Shown piece by piece: positions 1 through 12,172 of a DNA stretch of 64,000 bases. Every line of letters starts with the position of its first letter. Within the stretch, counting starts at the first letter, position 1. This DNA is from Tubulanus polymorphus (Eukaryota > Animalia > Nemertea). The notes beneath the pieces are model-generated. The model was not told where the DNA came from. It made no database searches and saw nothing but the letters and a program-made list of their open reading frames with translations. The DNA is taken from positions 12,532,655 to 12,596,654 of the forward strand of contig NC_134033.1 in assembly GCF_964204645.1 (NCBI RefSeq), in the 5' to 3' direction. A program made the position numbers and the translations under genes.

Positions 1-49
1 ATCTGCCCTTTACACCAACGTTACGAATTACATCTCCAGGGTTAATGCA

Positions 50-235
50 GATTTTCAGAAAACCAGGCTAGTGTTTGCCAACATGGAGAAAGCTATTGCA
101 TGTGTTTTTTTTTCTACTAACTTTCAGAAAGTCAGGCTATCGCAGGTGTGCACACTGAGAAAGCGAAGAGTACAGATTATCGGTAAGTCTGGCTATTGCA
201 GGTGTGCACACTTTCAGGAAGTCTGGTTTTTGCGG
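50..235. repeat. Degenerate tandem repeat
   Basis: Recurring (C)TTTCAG..AAGTC.GGCTAT.GCAGGTGTGCACACT. Confidence 0.6.
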
Positions 236-2067
236 ATAAAGTACTGAACGCTTTACCCGCAATCAAAAAGTTAGGTTGAGGCTTGCTATTCCTCACTTGC
301 TGGGAGAGACAAATGTTGCAGATACTGAGAATTGGAAGTTAGACTGTATTTGCCATATAAGGCAGTATGGTTAAGATTTCTTTATACCCAACAAGCTAAA
401 GACTCAATCCTAAAAGCCTCGAGCCTTCCTAATAATGCACAAAATATGACTAAGATTTCCGGGGCAGGAGCCTTTACTTTTCTGTTTGAGTCTCCAGTAA
501 GCCTACTCAGCTTATCAGAGATACAAATCAGTGGTACCAGTGGATCTATTGACCCTGCCAATCCTGTACCCAGAATATAACCGTAAACAATGGTTCAACT
601 ACTAAACTACCATTCCCTAGGCACACTACTATCGCCAAAATTTTGAATAACAAATTCGAACAACACAATATTAAAAATGCAGATTAAAACTGCTAAAATA
701 TTGAATCCTCGCAAGAGATGCGATTAAACTCGTGGATATTCCATCGCAAAAATACCGTGTACATACTTTACTGTCTCTGCGGTGAACATGCGCCGATTCT
801 AGCCTTCCAAATACCGGTATATCCCGCGTAAAATCCTATTAAACTCGAGAATTTAAACGCGTTCCGAAACGTTGACGTTTAAAGCCGGTACGTTTTAAAT
901 CGAGAACGAACGAAGCCCTCCACGTTTCTCTTCCTTCCGCGCGCGTAGAACACCGGTGTTTTTTGTGTATAAGTCGAGACTCTCGCGATCGAAGGGAAAT
1001 TTCATCGATGATTCATCGCGATATGAGTACGAGGGGAAACAAACCGGCGTTGTGTTTTATCACGGCTTATAATCACATCCTCGTATCACACGAGATCTAC
1101 AATACTACTGCACTATAACGACCATCACACGCTTCCACAGTAGAACGGTCGTAAAGGCGAAACGAACTGCTTCCACATTCAATCCACGCCGGGAATATTT
1201 TCTCTTTTCCGCAATCCCGACGGATTCCCGATATTCCGATACTAAAATCTCATTTTTTTAAACGGCTTTCGAACTTCTTAAATATTTGATAATCCGGTCT
1301 CGGAATGTTTCACTAATTGCGTCTGAATCCGATGACACCGACTCCACACGACATTGAAAAAAATTGTTCATATATGACACCGATGTCTATCCTCGAAAAG
1401 ATGTTTACTCAAAATGTTAATCGAGACGCAGATCAGCTCCACAATTTTTGGTCGCGTTAACTCAAACACTTTATAACACAGACTGTGAAGTCAAATTCAA
1501 CTCACTACTATAAAATCCACTTGAACTCAAATATAACTCACAACTGTAATTTGAATTGAACTCACAACTGTTTAGTAGAAGTTAATTCGTAACTGTCGAG
1601 TGGAATTTAACTTTAAAAACGAACTATTTTCTCTAAAATACCCGTGCACGAGATTTTCTACACATCCAGAACCATCGGTGATAAACAGCAGCAATGACTA
1701 TAAAAGGGAGTTGTTATACGCTGGATACATATAGCCTACACTCATAGATATAAACGTACGTATATAAAATCATTGCTTTGATGGGAGTTTATTTCTGGAG
1801 GGCTTTGAAATTAGATCAATTACGTATTAGACACGTTTTCCTGCGGTACGCGGCAGTGAGAGTCTGTAGACGTTTTGATAAAAAATCGAACATCAAGGCT
1901 TCGTGATTAGATAAATAAAACGAGGCAACATTGTCATCAGGATCTGAATCCACCGGCATTAGTGACAACAGGAGTCCATTGTTCACACTACTGTGGCAAT
2001 CCAGGATAAACCAGGTTCAGTTACACGTTTCAGTACAGAAAATGCTGCTGTGGCAAGTGAGCATTCG

Positions 2068-2301
2068 CAGGCGGCCACTTGCCCTGATTTTTCCGTGTGA
2101 TTACACTAAATTCCCAGAGTGAATCAGATAAATTTCTAGGTTTAAAATGTTTACAATTCATTTGTTTTTCATCGAATGACGTATTGATAAAGAAACAGAA
2201 ACACGCGGTCAATAGCATTATCTGAATCCCTGAGATTTGCAGATTTTTTGGTAAAATTTGTCAAATTCCCAGACTTTTTCCAGGTCAGTGGCGCCACCCT
2301 G
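2068..2301. mobile_element. hAT-like MITE (related copy at 32072-32169)
   Basis: Termini CAGGCGGCCACT...AGTGGCGCCACCCTG. Confidence 0.5.
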
Positions 2302-4690
2302 ATTTAGCTAGGTTTGTGCACCCTTGCAAACGAGGATGTGCCCATATGGTCAGTCCCATTATTCTGCCAGAGCCAATAGTTCCACTGTTCTATATGAAAA
2401 TTTGACTTAGGAGTCAAATATTTGAAAATCGACTCATTCAAGCTGAATTCGGATCTGGGTCCTGGTAGGACTACCTTAAGCTGGATGATTTCCACAAGCC
2501 ATGTTGGCTATATCTGAATTGAACCATTAGGCCTCTATACTGAAAACAGTTCGACCGGTTTTTCAAAACCACAAATGCTCTATAATAGATATAGACACAT
2601 GCGTATACATACCATGGTTATTACCACCGGACCCTGATCAACTCCTGCATCTTCAAGATTCAACGACCATCGCAAACATCAAAACCGGCTAAAAACATAA
2701 ATCAGAAAACGCTCGATTACTCACCGATTATACATTCACTAACGTCCATACGTATTGGTTTGAAAAGTAAAGCATAAATTTTGAATGATTTCTAATCCGA
2801 TATCTCTGTGGTTGGTGATACCTATAATCGCGGAACTGCTGAAATTATCGAGAAAATGACTCACGAGTGTTCAAGTGTTCAACACATGCAAAATAAAATA
2901 TTCAAGGCCCTCAGTATTATACAGAGCATCTTCATATAACTCCATTCATCTCAAGTTGTAACCAGATCAGACTACTTGATATCTTTAATTGTAGTAGTTT
3001 TTCTCAAAAATCGGTGTAAGTTAACATCAAAAATAGTGATTGGATTCAAAATGAACTATAAATGATTCTGATTTTGGGAGTATTTTGATATTTCTGAGAG
3101 CAGTTGACGTCTTTAAGAGCTCTCAGTCTGCGTAACTCAAACCAATATCTAAGAATTTCTAAAATCAGTTAAAGTAAATTACCCCTGTAGCTGGGTATTA
3201 TAGTCTAGGGCCTAGTCGGAATCCGTTCTGTGGTGACAATTCTTGTCTCTTGTAACAGAACCTTCAAAAGGCACTTTGATGTCCAAAAAGGTAATATTAG
3301 GGGTACTACCGCACTGAAATGCGACAATTTTGTTTATTGACAAAATTAAAAATGGCACTACCCAAATTTGATGCATGTACACAAGTATCACTAGTGCCTC
3401 TGGATCTGCGATGAAACATGTATCGGTAATACCTGCAGTATTCCTGAAGATACAGGAATTTCCTCGTCGAGTAGAAAGAACATTCTATCGTCCTGAATTA
3501 TGTAAGGAAATCTACAGAACCTGAAGAGACCGGAGACCGCGCGCATGCCCCAGTCATGTCTCTCTAGGGAATAGACCCAGGAAGAAATGAATACGAAAAT
3601 GAATCATTAATCCCGAGTTAATTGGGCCAAATTTCCTTCCCTTTCTCTTCGGCGCGACGAACTAAAATAACCCGCTTAGCCAAACGACTAAAAAATCTAG
3701 GTTAAGATTTCTACTTTTTTTTCCTTCTATAAGAATCTGATCGAACAAAAAGTAATAGCGTTTCATTCTTTGCCTCTCGCGGATAAAAACACAAAAAGAC
3801 TTTGTCAGACATGCACCATTTTTAGCCTAAAAATACGATTTCTATTGCCGTTTATAGCTCGCTATTATAAGCGGCTATTTTCGGCGCAATTTATTATTCT
3901 ATGAAATATTAACGAACTGATGTTTTGTGCAAATACATCGCTCAATACACAATCAATCAGGACCTTGAATTAACCACGTGAATTCCATTTCTAAATTCGT
4001 CGTCGCAGTCTACATAGTCTTCCTATCTTCAGAGATTTATTCGAAGAAGAAATGTTTTCTGAAGCGCCAGGAAAATAGATTTCATCTAGTTTCTATTTTG
4101 TCAATATTGTGAGCTTTCAGTCGTTCCTAGATATAAGTAGTTTTCAAGGAGTTTTAAAGGAGAAAATTTCAAAATTTCGAGGAAGCGTCTGCATCACTTT
4201 CATTTCCCAATTACAGTAGAGACTCCTAAATCGGTATATCTCAATAAACCGGTAATTCAGTGGTTTTATAAGCAATTCTAATTCCACTCACATCACGTCA
4301 TACATAACACATGCTGCATCTCTAAAATTATTACCAAAAAATCTCCGAACCAGAATTCCTACTATAGGCCTGATGTGAATAACTTCAGTCTGATCGTTAT
4401 ATTATCATAGATTCTAATCTAATGCGCATTTTGCGAGTTCGATTTAAAAACGAAATCTCGAAACATCTGCCGTTTATTTAAGGCCGGGGCTTATGTAAAC
4501 CAATTACGTTATAAATCATAGAATTAAATCCATTTCGCATTGCGCGCACTTTGAAATGAAAAACCCGAACATCTGGGATGATCGTCTGGCGCGTAAAATT
4601 CTTACAAATGGTCCAAAAAATTTGCCGGTTCTTTCTAAATGAGTTCCTAAGTACAGACTCAGTGCTAAATGAGCCTAATGCTTGAAATTG

Positions 4691-4899
4691 CCAGGGTCGT
4701 GTCCAGCCTTTACTTGGGACAGATAGGCATTCATAATCGAGGTTTTACTTCGGGTTACTGCCCTTTTTCGGGTTTCACTGCCTCCCCAACATTCAAATGC
4801 TAGGTACAGCCCTGCGGTGGTATGCTGGATCCATCCCTGATTGCGTACATGGGCCAGGGGGTAAAAAATGAACCCTTTCCCACATATTTATTCATACAG
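4691..4899. mobile_element. ~210-bp retroposon-like insertion with an 18-bp TSD
   Basis: GCCTAATGCTT(G/A)AAATTG at 4673-4690 and 4900-4917. Confidence 0.6.
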
Positions 4900-7729
4900 G
4901 CCTAATGCTTAAAATTGTATAGACCTTGTACACGAGCGTCTCAGAAATGGGCTACCTCTCCATAGACAATAATGCTTAGTAACACTGGCTTTATAGTCAT
5001 CATCAAATAGGACTTAAGACGTCGCATTATTGAGCATTTTAAAATCCCAATTTGTATTTCCAATTTAATTTACGTATTAAGTGTAAGTCGTCTGCATGGA
5101 TGAGTCGTCAAAAAAAGATTCATCGAACTAAGCCACTTTGACTGTACACGGAAATGAAAACGTGCAGAATTTTATCATACTCTACGAACAGCCTGTGTCT
5201 GAAGTACTTACCGCTGAGTTTAATCCATTATTGTCTCAGTGAAATAAAAGCTAATCCGGAAAAACTAATGCGATATATCGCCGCAATATGCTGGGTACTG
5301 TGCGTTAGTTAATACACTACGACATGTCGCGCGCGGACAAGAGGTTCGAGCGTTACTGATATATTGATTATCAAATCAGTACATACTGTCACCGCTGACT
5401 GTATCACAGCATCTATCATAGACAGATTTCTGTATATTTGACCAGTACTGAACAAATACCGGCGAGAACTATAGCCCAGGGTCTTAACCAGTACTGAATG
5501 GAACTAATATAGCCGCTAGCTCGCCCACGGGGTACGAACCAGTACTGGGCCGTGTCAAGCCGAGGAATTGCACAGTACTTAGCTTGAATCCCTATAAACC
5601 TGAAACTGAGTACGCACACGCAGGGGGGGTCAGTTTTGATTAGCTAGATATGAGGGGAGCTCAGGGGCAAATCCAAGGGGAGGTGAAATGGGTGCGCACC
5701 CCTCCCTAATTGCCCTAAATTTCACGAGAAAATCAAAGAAAATATCAAACTGACACCTAAAAACGTTTGAATTCATACGCTTGTTCTCATTTTCTCCAAA
5801 AATGAGTCAATATTTTGCGATGAGCTTTCTGCGGGGGTGTCCTTTTCAATAATATGATGTGACCTTTTACCGAATCGAGACCCTAGAGATCGGCCCTTGG
5901 AGCTTCATAAATGCCAATTCCTGGAAACTTGTCAAAATCGCTATGGCTAGTGGTCATTTACTAGGGTAAAAGATAAGGCCTATCAGTTTAGGCAGTTCAC
6001 TTAGTACATGTTAGGCCTACTTGATCTAGGTGACCAGCGGGGCAAAGTCCAATTTTCAAGAACACCACATTCCAACATTTGTCCAATATTGGAAGACAAG
6101 TTTCATATAGAAAGACCATCCAGTAGTTTTAAGTGCAGAGTCCACGCTTAGACTTCAATTGTCAATGAGACAATGGATCTCATCACAGCAGAGCAATGCA
6201 ATACTGACGGTATACTGAGGCATCTCAATTGATTTATGTAAATCTCCAGCCTGTGCATGAAGTAATTTCACTGGAGGTCATCATTATTCGAAGCTATGCA
6301 ATATGTACTGCCAAAAATTTGACTAATCTTAATTAATGAATCTTTACTATTGCTTATAATACTGAAGGTTTTTTTATTCAGAGGCTGATGCGACGGTCAG
6401 TTAGAGCAAACAACATTAGAAGAGTTATTTTTGAAAATAAGACCTCTGGAAATGATGATCTTTTCCTGCAAATAAATGAGTACTGTATTCAAGAAATTTA
6501 TCATCAAATTTAAAAAAAGGGTTTTGGCAGTGTTTTTAGCGGTCTGTAAAAAAAATGGAGGGGCTACGCAAACCTGCCATTGCTAAATTTGAGAAAACTG
6601 GACAACGAGACCACCAATCCACAACATGGGCCTCGTGCAAAAATCATTTGACACCAGTATTCTACATAGGTACTATAGAAGAGGTCAAACCCTTGCGCCA
6701 GCCCGGCCTGCACCAATCTAATAAGTAATATTTTGAAATATTTAAAATTAATTAAACCTAATTCGATAATTAAATGGCTTAATTAAATTCTGCTGGAATA
6801 GTTTAGTTATGAAATTTCACATGATAATTTCTGGACGTTATTTCTAATTTAAATTAATGCACATAAGGCTTCGTAATAGTAATAAGCTTATACCGCACGG
6901 TGGGTACCGGCGGCACCGGTGTCTGAATTGCCTTTCTTATTCTTCGATTCAAAATATTAAGCATAATCTACCTACCTCGTACGGTCAATGTAAAATAAAT
7001 GATCCCAGGGTTTTTATTTTGTATCTGATCAGCCATAAATTATTCCAGCCATCATCGGGAACGCGGTAGCGGTAGGACATGTAGGATCAGCATCTCTCAT
7101 CCAGCATCCCCGTGTGTGTCTCTTCAGTAGTGTTTACATTAATTTTGACAGCTCGGTTGTCAAAGAGGTAAAACCGATATCCGGAAGGACGCCATAAATA
7201 ATTTACACTTTTTCGAAAATCGGTCAACAGAAGAAATTTTATACAGTCAAAACCACAATAATAAATTTAAAATATTATTTTTAGTTGTTTGGAAAACTAT
7301 TTCGTATTTGTTTAAACTTAAAACTATACCCACTGATTCAGAAAACGATTTGACTTTTGTAATCTACAATTCAAATTACCTTTGTTGTACCATCAAAAAT
7401 CTATGTTTTTGCTTAGAATTTTAATGATAAGCGATCAACAGTCTCCATGAAGATCGGGCATAATGAAGTATTTATGGGGATTCAAATCGAAGAAATAAAG
7501 AAAAATGACATTTTAAACGAAACACGGATTCGAACCCAGTACATTAATCATAGACTGGTTGCCTGTCCCATTCAATATGGGACAGGTTTTGCCCGTCCGC
7601 CATCTTCCGCAGAATTTACGGATCCAATCAGATTTCAGTATTTCATCACGTGAACAATGTAACATGGCCGCCTACACAGTGTCTCGATTTACGTTCCATG
7701 GACCTCTTTAAAGTCATTTTTTTATATCA

Positions 7730-8790
7730 ATGAAGAAAGAAATTCCATTAAAACTGCCAGGTAACGCGTCTGCAGGCACTTGTTTAGCGTGTGGTACCGA
7801 AAATATCGGAATTCAATTGAGGATGGCTGCGTAACCGCGCCGTCAAAACCTACCGGTCATCAATCGGCAATTTGGACTGGATGGAATGGAAAACAACAAT
7901 AATACATACAATACTACTATATACCACTACTGACATACTGAACGTTGCAGCAGAAACTACTTGTTTGTTCACTCGTGGCGATTGATTGATTGTTCTTAAT
8001 GTGACTTTGGACATCAGCAGTTGATCCAGTGAAAATAATGACATCAACAAGGTAACTTAACCTACTTACTTACTTTCTTTAAAATGTGAACATTGAATAT
8101 GAGTGCTATTTCACAAACACTATAGTGATTATCTATTGTAGACTTTTCTGAGCGTTTTAGTGATGACTTTGTGAGTCACAACTCATAGGATGAAATTGAA
8201 GTAATGCGTATCAAATTAGCTCAACATGAAAAGAATAGATTGCAATGCATCAAGGTAAGTTTGAAAAATGGATTCCGAACCATTAATTGTAAAGTCAATC
8301 CAGGTTTAATTGTGTGATGTATTTTAATTTCAGAATGATAACATCATGCAGTAATCAAAGGGAATAAAGAATCAGCACTAGCTGTCATGAAATGAGATTC
8401 CAAATAACAGGTGGTGAAACTCCTTGATTCTGATAAACTCATCATCATCATCAGTTACATCAGCAAGCGCCGCTGCGCCAAGATGTTGTGTACTTTATTT
8501 CTCCACTGCTCACGATCTGATAAACTGATGAGGTTTAAAGAGCTGGATTCTGTGAATAACTGCACTAGCGAGCCTTCAATTTGAATTGTGATTGGATTAT
8601 CTATCTGGTCGAGACATGGTCTTTATGATTCTAAAGACACTATCATTCAAATCAGGGATATCAGGATCGTCCCAATTTGTCGATGAAAAAAAAACTACTG
8701 TCTATGTCATGAAATACGTGACCCGTGTCATTGCTTATTCTCTTGTCAGGGGCTGAACAAGATTTTGTACCAGAAGTGAACAATAAATAT
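7730..8790 (+). pseudogene. Decayed spliced gene remnant at the left end of the large element
   Basis: Donors at ~7762, ~8052 and 8255. Exon 8142-8254 reads DFSERFSDDFVSHNS*DEIEVMRIKLAQHEKNRLQCIK (one stop). Acceptor at ~8333. AATAAA at ~8782. Confidence 0.4.
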
Positions 8791-9087
8791 TGAATTCAGT
8801 GAAAAAGAATTGGTTGTGATGAATCTTATAAACGATTTCTAGCAAAGTCAACATTGACATTGTGTGGTCCATGAGGAGAGAGGATATTTCGAATTTCCAC
8901 TGTGATCTGAGTAACTTGTCTTGACCAGTCTCTTAATTTGACAGTCCCAACTTGCTGTCGTTATCAGGAAATCAGTATAGCTGAGGTGGATCCAAATATC
9001 TGATCTCACAAAGCACTAAGGAGTTCAACAATTGTAAACTTTATTCAGATACTAAATATAATCATTTTACAACACTGTATTGAAACA

Positions 9088-9319
9088 TCAATTCACTAAA
9101 TACATCTTTACACACGAACACAATTCTGATGCATATTTCCAAAGCAAATCTCCAGAGGATGTTTGAATTTTACCTGGTTTAATGGTCAATCTTAGAATAG
9201 CACATCTCATTTCATGAATACAATTCTCGAGATCTTCAGGAGGGATAGCATCTAATTTGAATGTCAAAGAAATTGGAACTAAGCAGAACTTGTTGAAAAT
9301 ATCCCTAAAATCTTTATAT
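9088..9319 (-). pseudogene. Orphan terminal exon of an unidentified gene inside the large element
   Basis: Acceptor TTTGAATTCAG, then an open frame YKDFRDIFNKFCLVPISLTFKLDAIPPEDLENCIHEMRCAILRLTIKPGKIQTSSGDLLWKYASELCSCVKMYLVN*, then a minus-strand AATAAA at 9040-9045. Confidence 0.5.
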
Positions 9320-9525
9320 CTGAATTCAAATAAAACTTCAGCTGTGCTAGGGGAGGTATCGAGGAGGTTCAGTGAAAATTAAGCCTGGACTTTTTGTGTC
9401 TCCGTAAAACTAGACAAAAGTTAGTTTTTTCGGACTGGACCGAAATGAGATTTTCCTAGTCTCATTTGAAGTCTCAACTGGACCAAAATTAGGTTGGCTA
9501 GATTTTTGGAAACTGTAAAACTTAC

Positions 9526-12172
9526 ATCAATCAAACTGTTCGTGCTGCCGTAATGATTTGAAATCTCATAAATTGCTGGTCCTCGTGACAACGATTTACG
9601 TTTATTACGAGAGAACGGAGTCGGTGATTTCTGCAGCCAGCTCGATTCTAAAACACAAATTCATACATGAAAGATTCACAAAATAAAAACCGGTTGACAT
9701 TCAGTTATATGGTTGTATTAGTGAGTGAGACAGTCAGACTGTTTGAGGTTGAAATTTGACCTTAGTGTTAAAATAATAAAAGCTGAATTAACTTTAAAAT
9801 TAGACTAATTAAACAATTTTGTGGAACTGATTCCAGAGATCAGTTTCACACTCGGGATAAAACATTCCATTCTAAATTCTGAAGTCGAGCTGTAGAACTG
9901 GATTGAGATGTTTGTTTCTTACCGACAGGAATGACTTTATCTCCGACCGCTGCTTGTTTACGTCTGGGATCTTTATTACGGAACGGTGTATTCGCTCCAC
10001 TAACCGTCTGCTGTTTCCACGTTACAATCTCTCATGGCCAGTCGACAAATACAAACTGTTTACGAGTTGCTGCATTTAAAAACAATTACCAAAATACATG
10101 AACAAATACAAGGAAATATCTGTTACTCATCTACCGGTTACAGACAGAAGACTTTCAAAACTAGTCAGTTATAATGAATAATCCCGCACTGGTATCACTG
10201 TTTCTGAGTATTGGGAAACCTGGGCCCGGTTTCATAGACTGAATATCGAAGTTATCCCTAGGGGTAAATCCTCAATCTGGGTGACAAAACCACCATGGTT
10301 ACAATGAGAAACCATGGTAATAACTGACAGATTTCAAAATGTTGCCAGGGACTATTTTTCTTCCACATCTATGAAACCCAGCCCTGTCACTTATTGCTCC
10401 TTTAAGATAGGATTTAGATAAATCTCAAAACTCTCAAATAATCCAACTTTGAAATATCAAGAATAATGTGGAATAATTCATAATCAGGGCTGCAGTTGCT
10501 CAAAAGTTGGTTATAGTTAACCAGTTGACATGGTGACAATCAAAAGACCAACGTTTGTCAACTTCTTTTTTTGGTGAAGCAGATTCAGATTCCTACTTAC
10601 ATCGATAATCTTTGGATAAATCGTTTTCGGAATATCGTTTCCGTAGTAACGGAGAATTCAGTTGAGCACTGTTGAAATCGATCGGGTTGATTTTGCAGAC
10701 GTCCGGCGAAGATTGTCGTTTTAAACGCAACTTCGACAGAAATGATCGCCGTTCGACGTTTAGACGTAAACCGTATCGGGGCAAGTCGTCATCTGTTTAG
10801 ATATGTCTTCATTTTCTCGTAAATCTAAACAAAAATCAAATAACTAATAATCTGCTGAAAAGAATAACCCACAATTAGGAAGCAAGACTACAAGAGAAGA
10901 GTTAGATTGCTGACTTACCGATATCTACGGGGTATCTGAGCGCCAGTCGACTACCCATTAAAACCTGACTCTCAACTGATAAATTCAGACAGCTTCGCGC
11001 TTGTTGTCGAGCTCTTGTTTGTTGCATTAATGGCTTCAGTTAGTCGTCTTCTGCAAAAATATAGGATTTTCTTTAAATTTTGTTTTAATGAATCGGAAAT
11101 GTTACAGAGCGAAAATAAATCGGAAATCTTATAAAACTTGTATCTATCCCATTGCGAGGCATCTTGATACTTTTTGTGATTTGGTTCCTGATAAGTTAGA
11201 AGGGTAATCTTATTATTGTTTGTAAGCTTTAATTAAGGTTTGTGGAAACATCCAATCATAAAACTCAACCACAGACTGGTATTTCTGACCAGGTCCTGGA
11301 GGCAGTTCCACGATTTTTGAGTTTGAATTGAACTGCGCAATAAACCAATTGAAAATGAATTGATTCTTACTCTAAGAATAGGGGAACGGAGTTCTGCTGG
11401 TTAGACACTCACCAGTAGGTTTAGATACCCTATCAGGGAGTCTAATAGCGTAGCTATCAACCATTCTGGTTGAATATTCCTGAGGTTTTAACCACTCCAC
11501 GATACAATTCCAGCTACAAAATAAACAACACATTTTCACCTACAAAACTTATCTTAACTTAACTTCTTATCTTGAACACAATATTCAAAGATACGGTTTC
11601 ATAGTTTCGAATCGAGTTTGAAACTAACTCACAACCGTGAAACTAGAAGATTTGTTCAGTACTAACCTTCTTTATCAAATCCCATATGATGAAGCAGCAT
11701 GCCTGTAATATTATGAGCTTCTAAATCTAAACTTAATTTCAGCGGAGTTTGTACATCATTGATACCCTGAAAATATATACAACCACTTCACAGTCGGACC
11801 TCAAAGAAAGTTAACATTTAAATTTGATAATTTCTAGCTATAAATCAGTGTAGGGTTAATTCCAGTCAAGATCTAGATACAAGATGCTTCTTCGATTGGT
11901 CTTAGGGACACTCATAGCATGTTCTTATCTACAACTGTTCTCAAGATGAAAATGAGCTCAGCCAGATGTGATTTATGGATTTTCAGTAGATATAAACTGG
12001 ACTGGCTGGCTCTCTCACTGGAGTCACTGATACTCGATATATCGATATATACCTGTTGAAGCAGACACTGTACCATAGCCTCGTTCCGATGTCGACAGGC
12101 GTAGCAGATCGGAGTACCCTGACCTTCACCTCGATTACAATCAACCCCTAATTCTATTAAACACTCGACAAC
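9526..12172 (-). pseudogene. LRRK2-like gene fragment (ankyrin region plus pre-LRR linker), 7 exons, disabled
   Basis: GT-AG exons 12053-12172, 11667-11766, 11413-11513, 10919-11050, 10601-10824, 9923-10069 and 9526-9647. The translation VVECLIELGVDCNRGEGQGTPICYACRHRNEAMVQCLLQQGINDVQTPLKLSLDLEAHNITGMLLHHMGFDKEAGIVSWSG*NLRNIQPEWL parallels human LRRK2 as recalled (MVECLLLLGADANQAKEGSSLICQVC...LVELLLNSG...DVRKALTISI...IISLLLRRLALD...ICLGG...VEPSWL). In-frame stops at 11488-11490, 11040-11042 and 10032-10034, plus two apparent 1-nt frameshifts. Confidence 0.75.
10223..10383. mobile_element. PIF/Harbinger-type MITE
   Basis: GGCCCGGTTTCATAGA...TCTATGAAACCCAGCC flanked by CTG/CTG (3-bp TSD). Confidence 0.6.

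Noticed and set aside
9526-12172. In-frame TAA/TGA codons as a sign of genetic-code reassignment or readthrough
   Set aside because: Rab6 ends at TAA normally and the same region also has frameshifts, so pseudogenisation is the simpler explanation.
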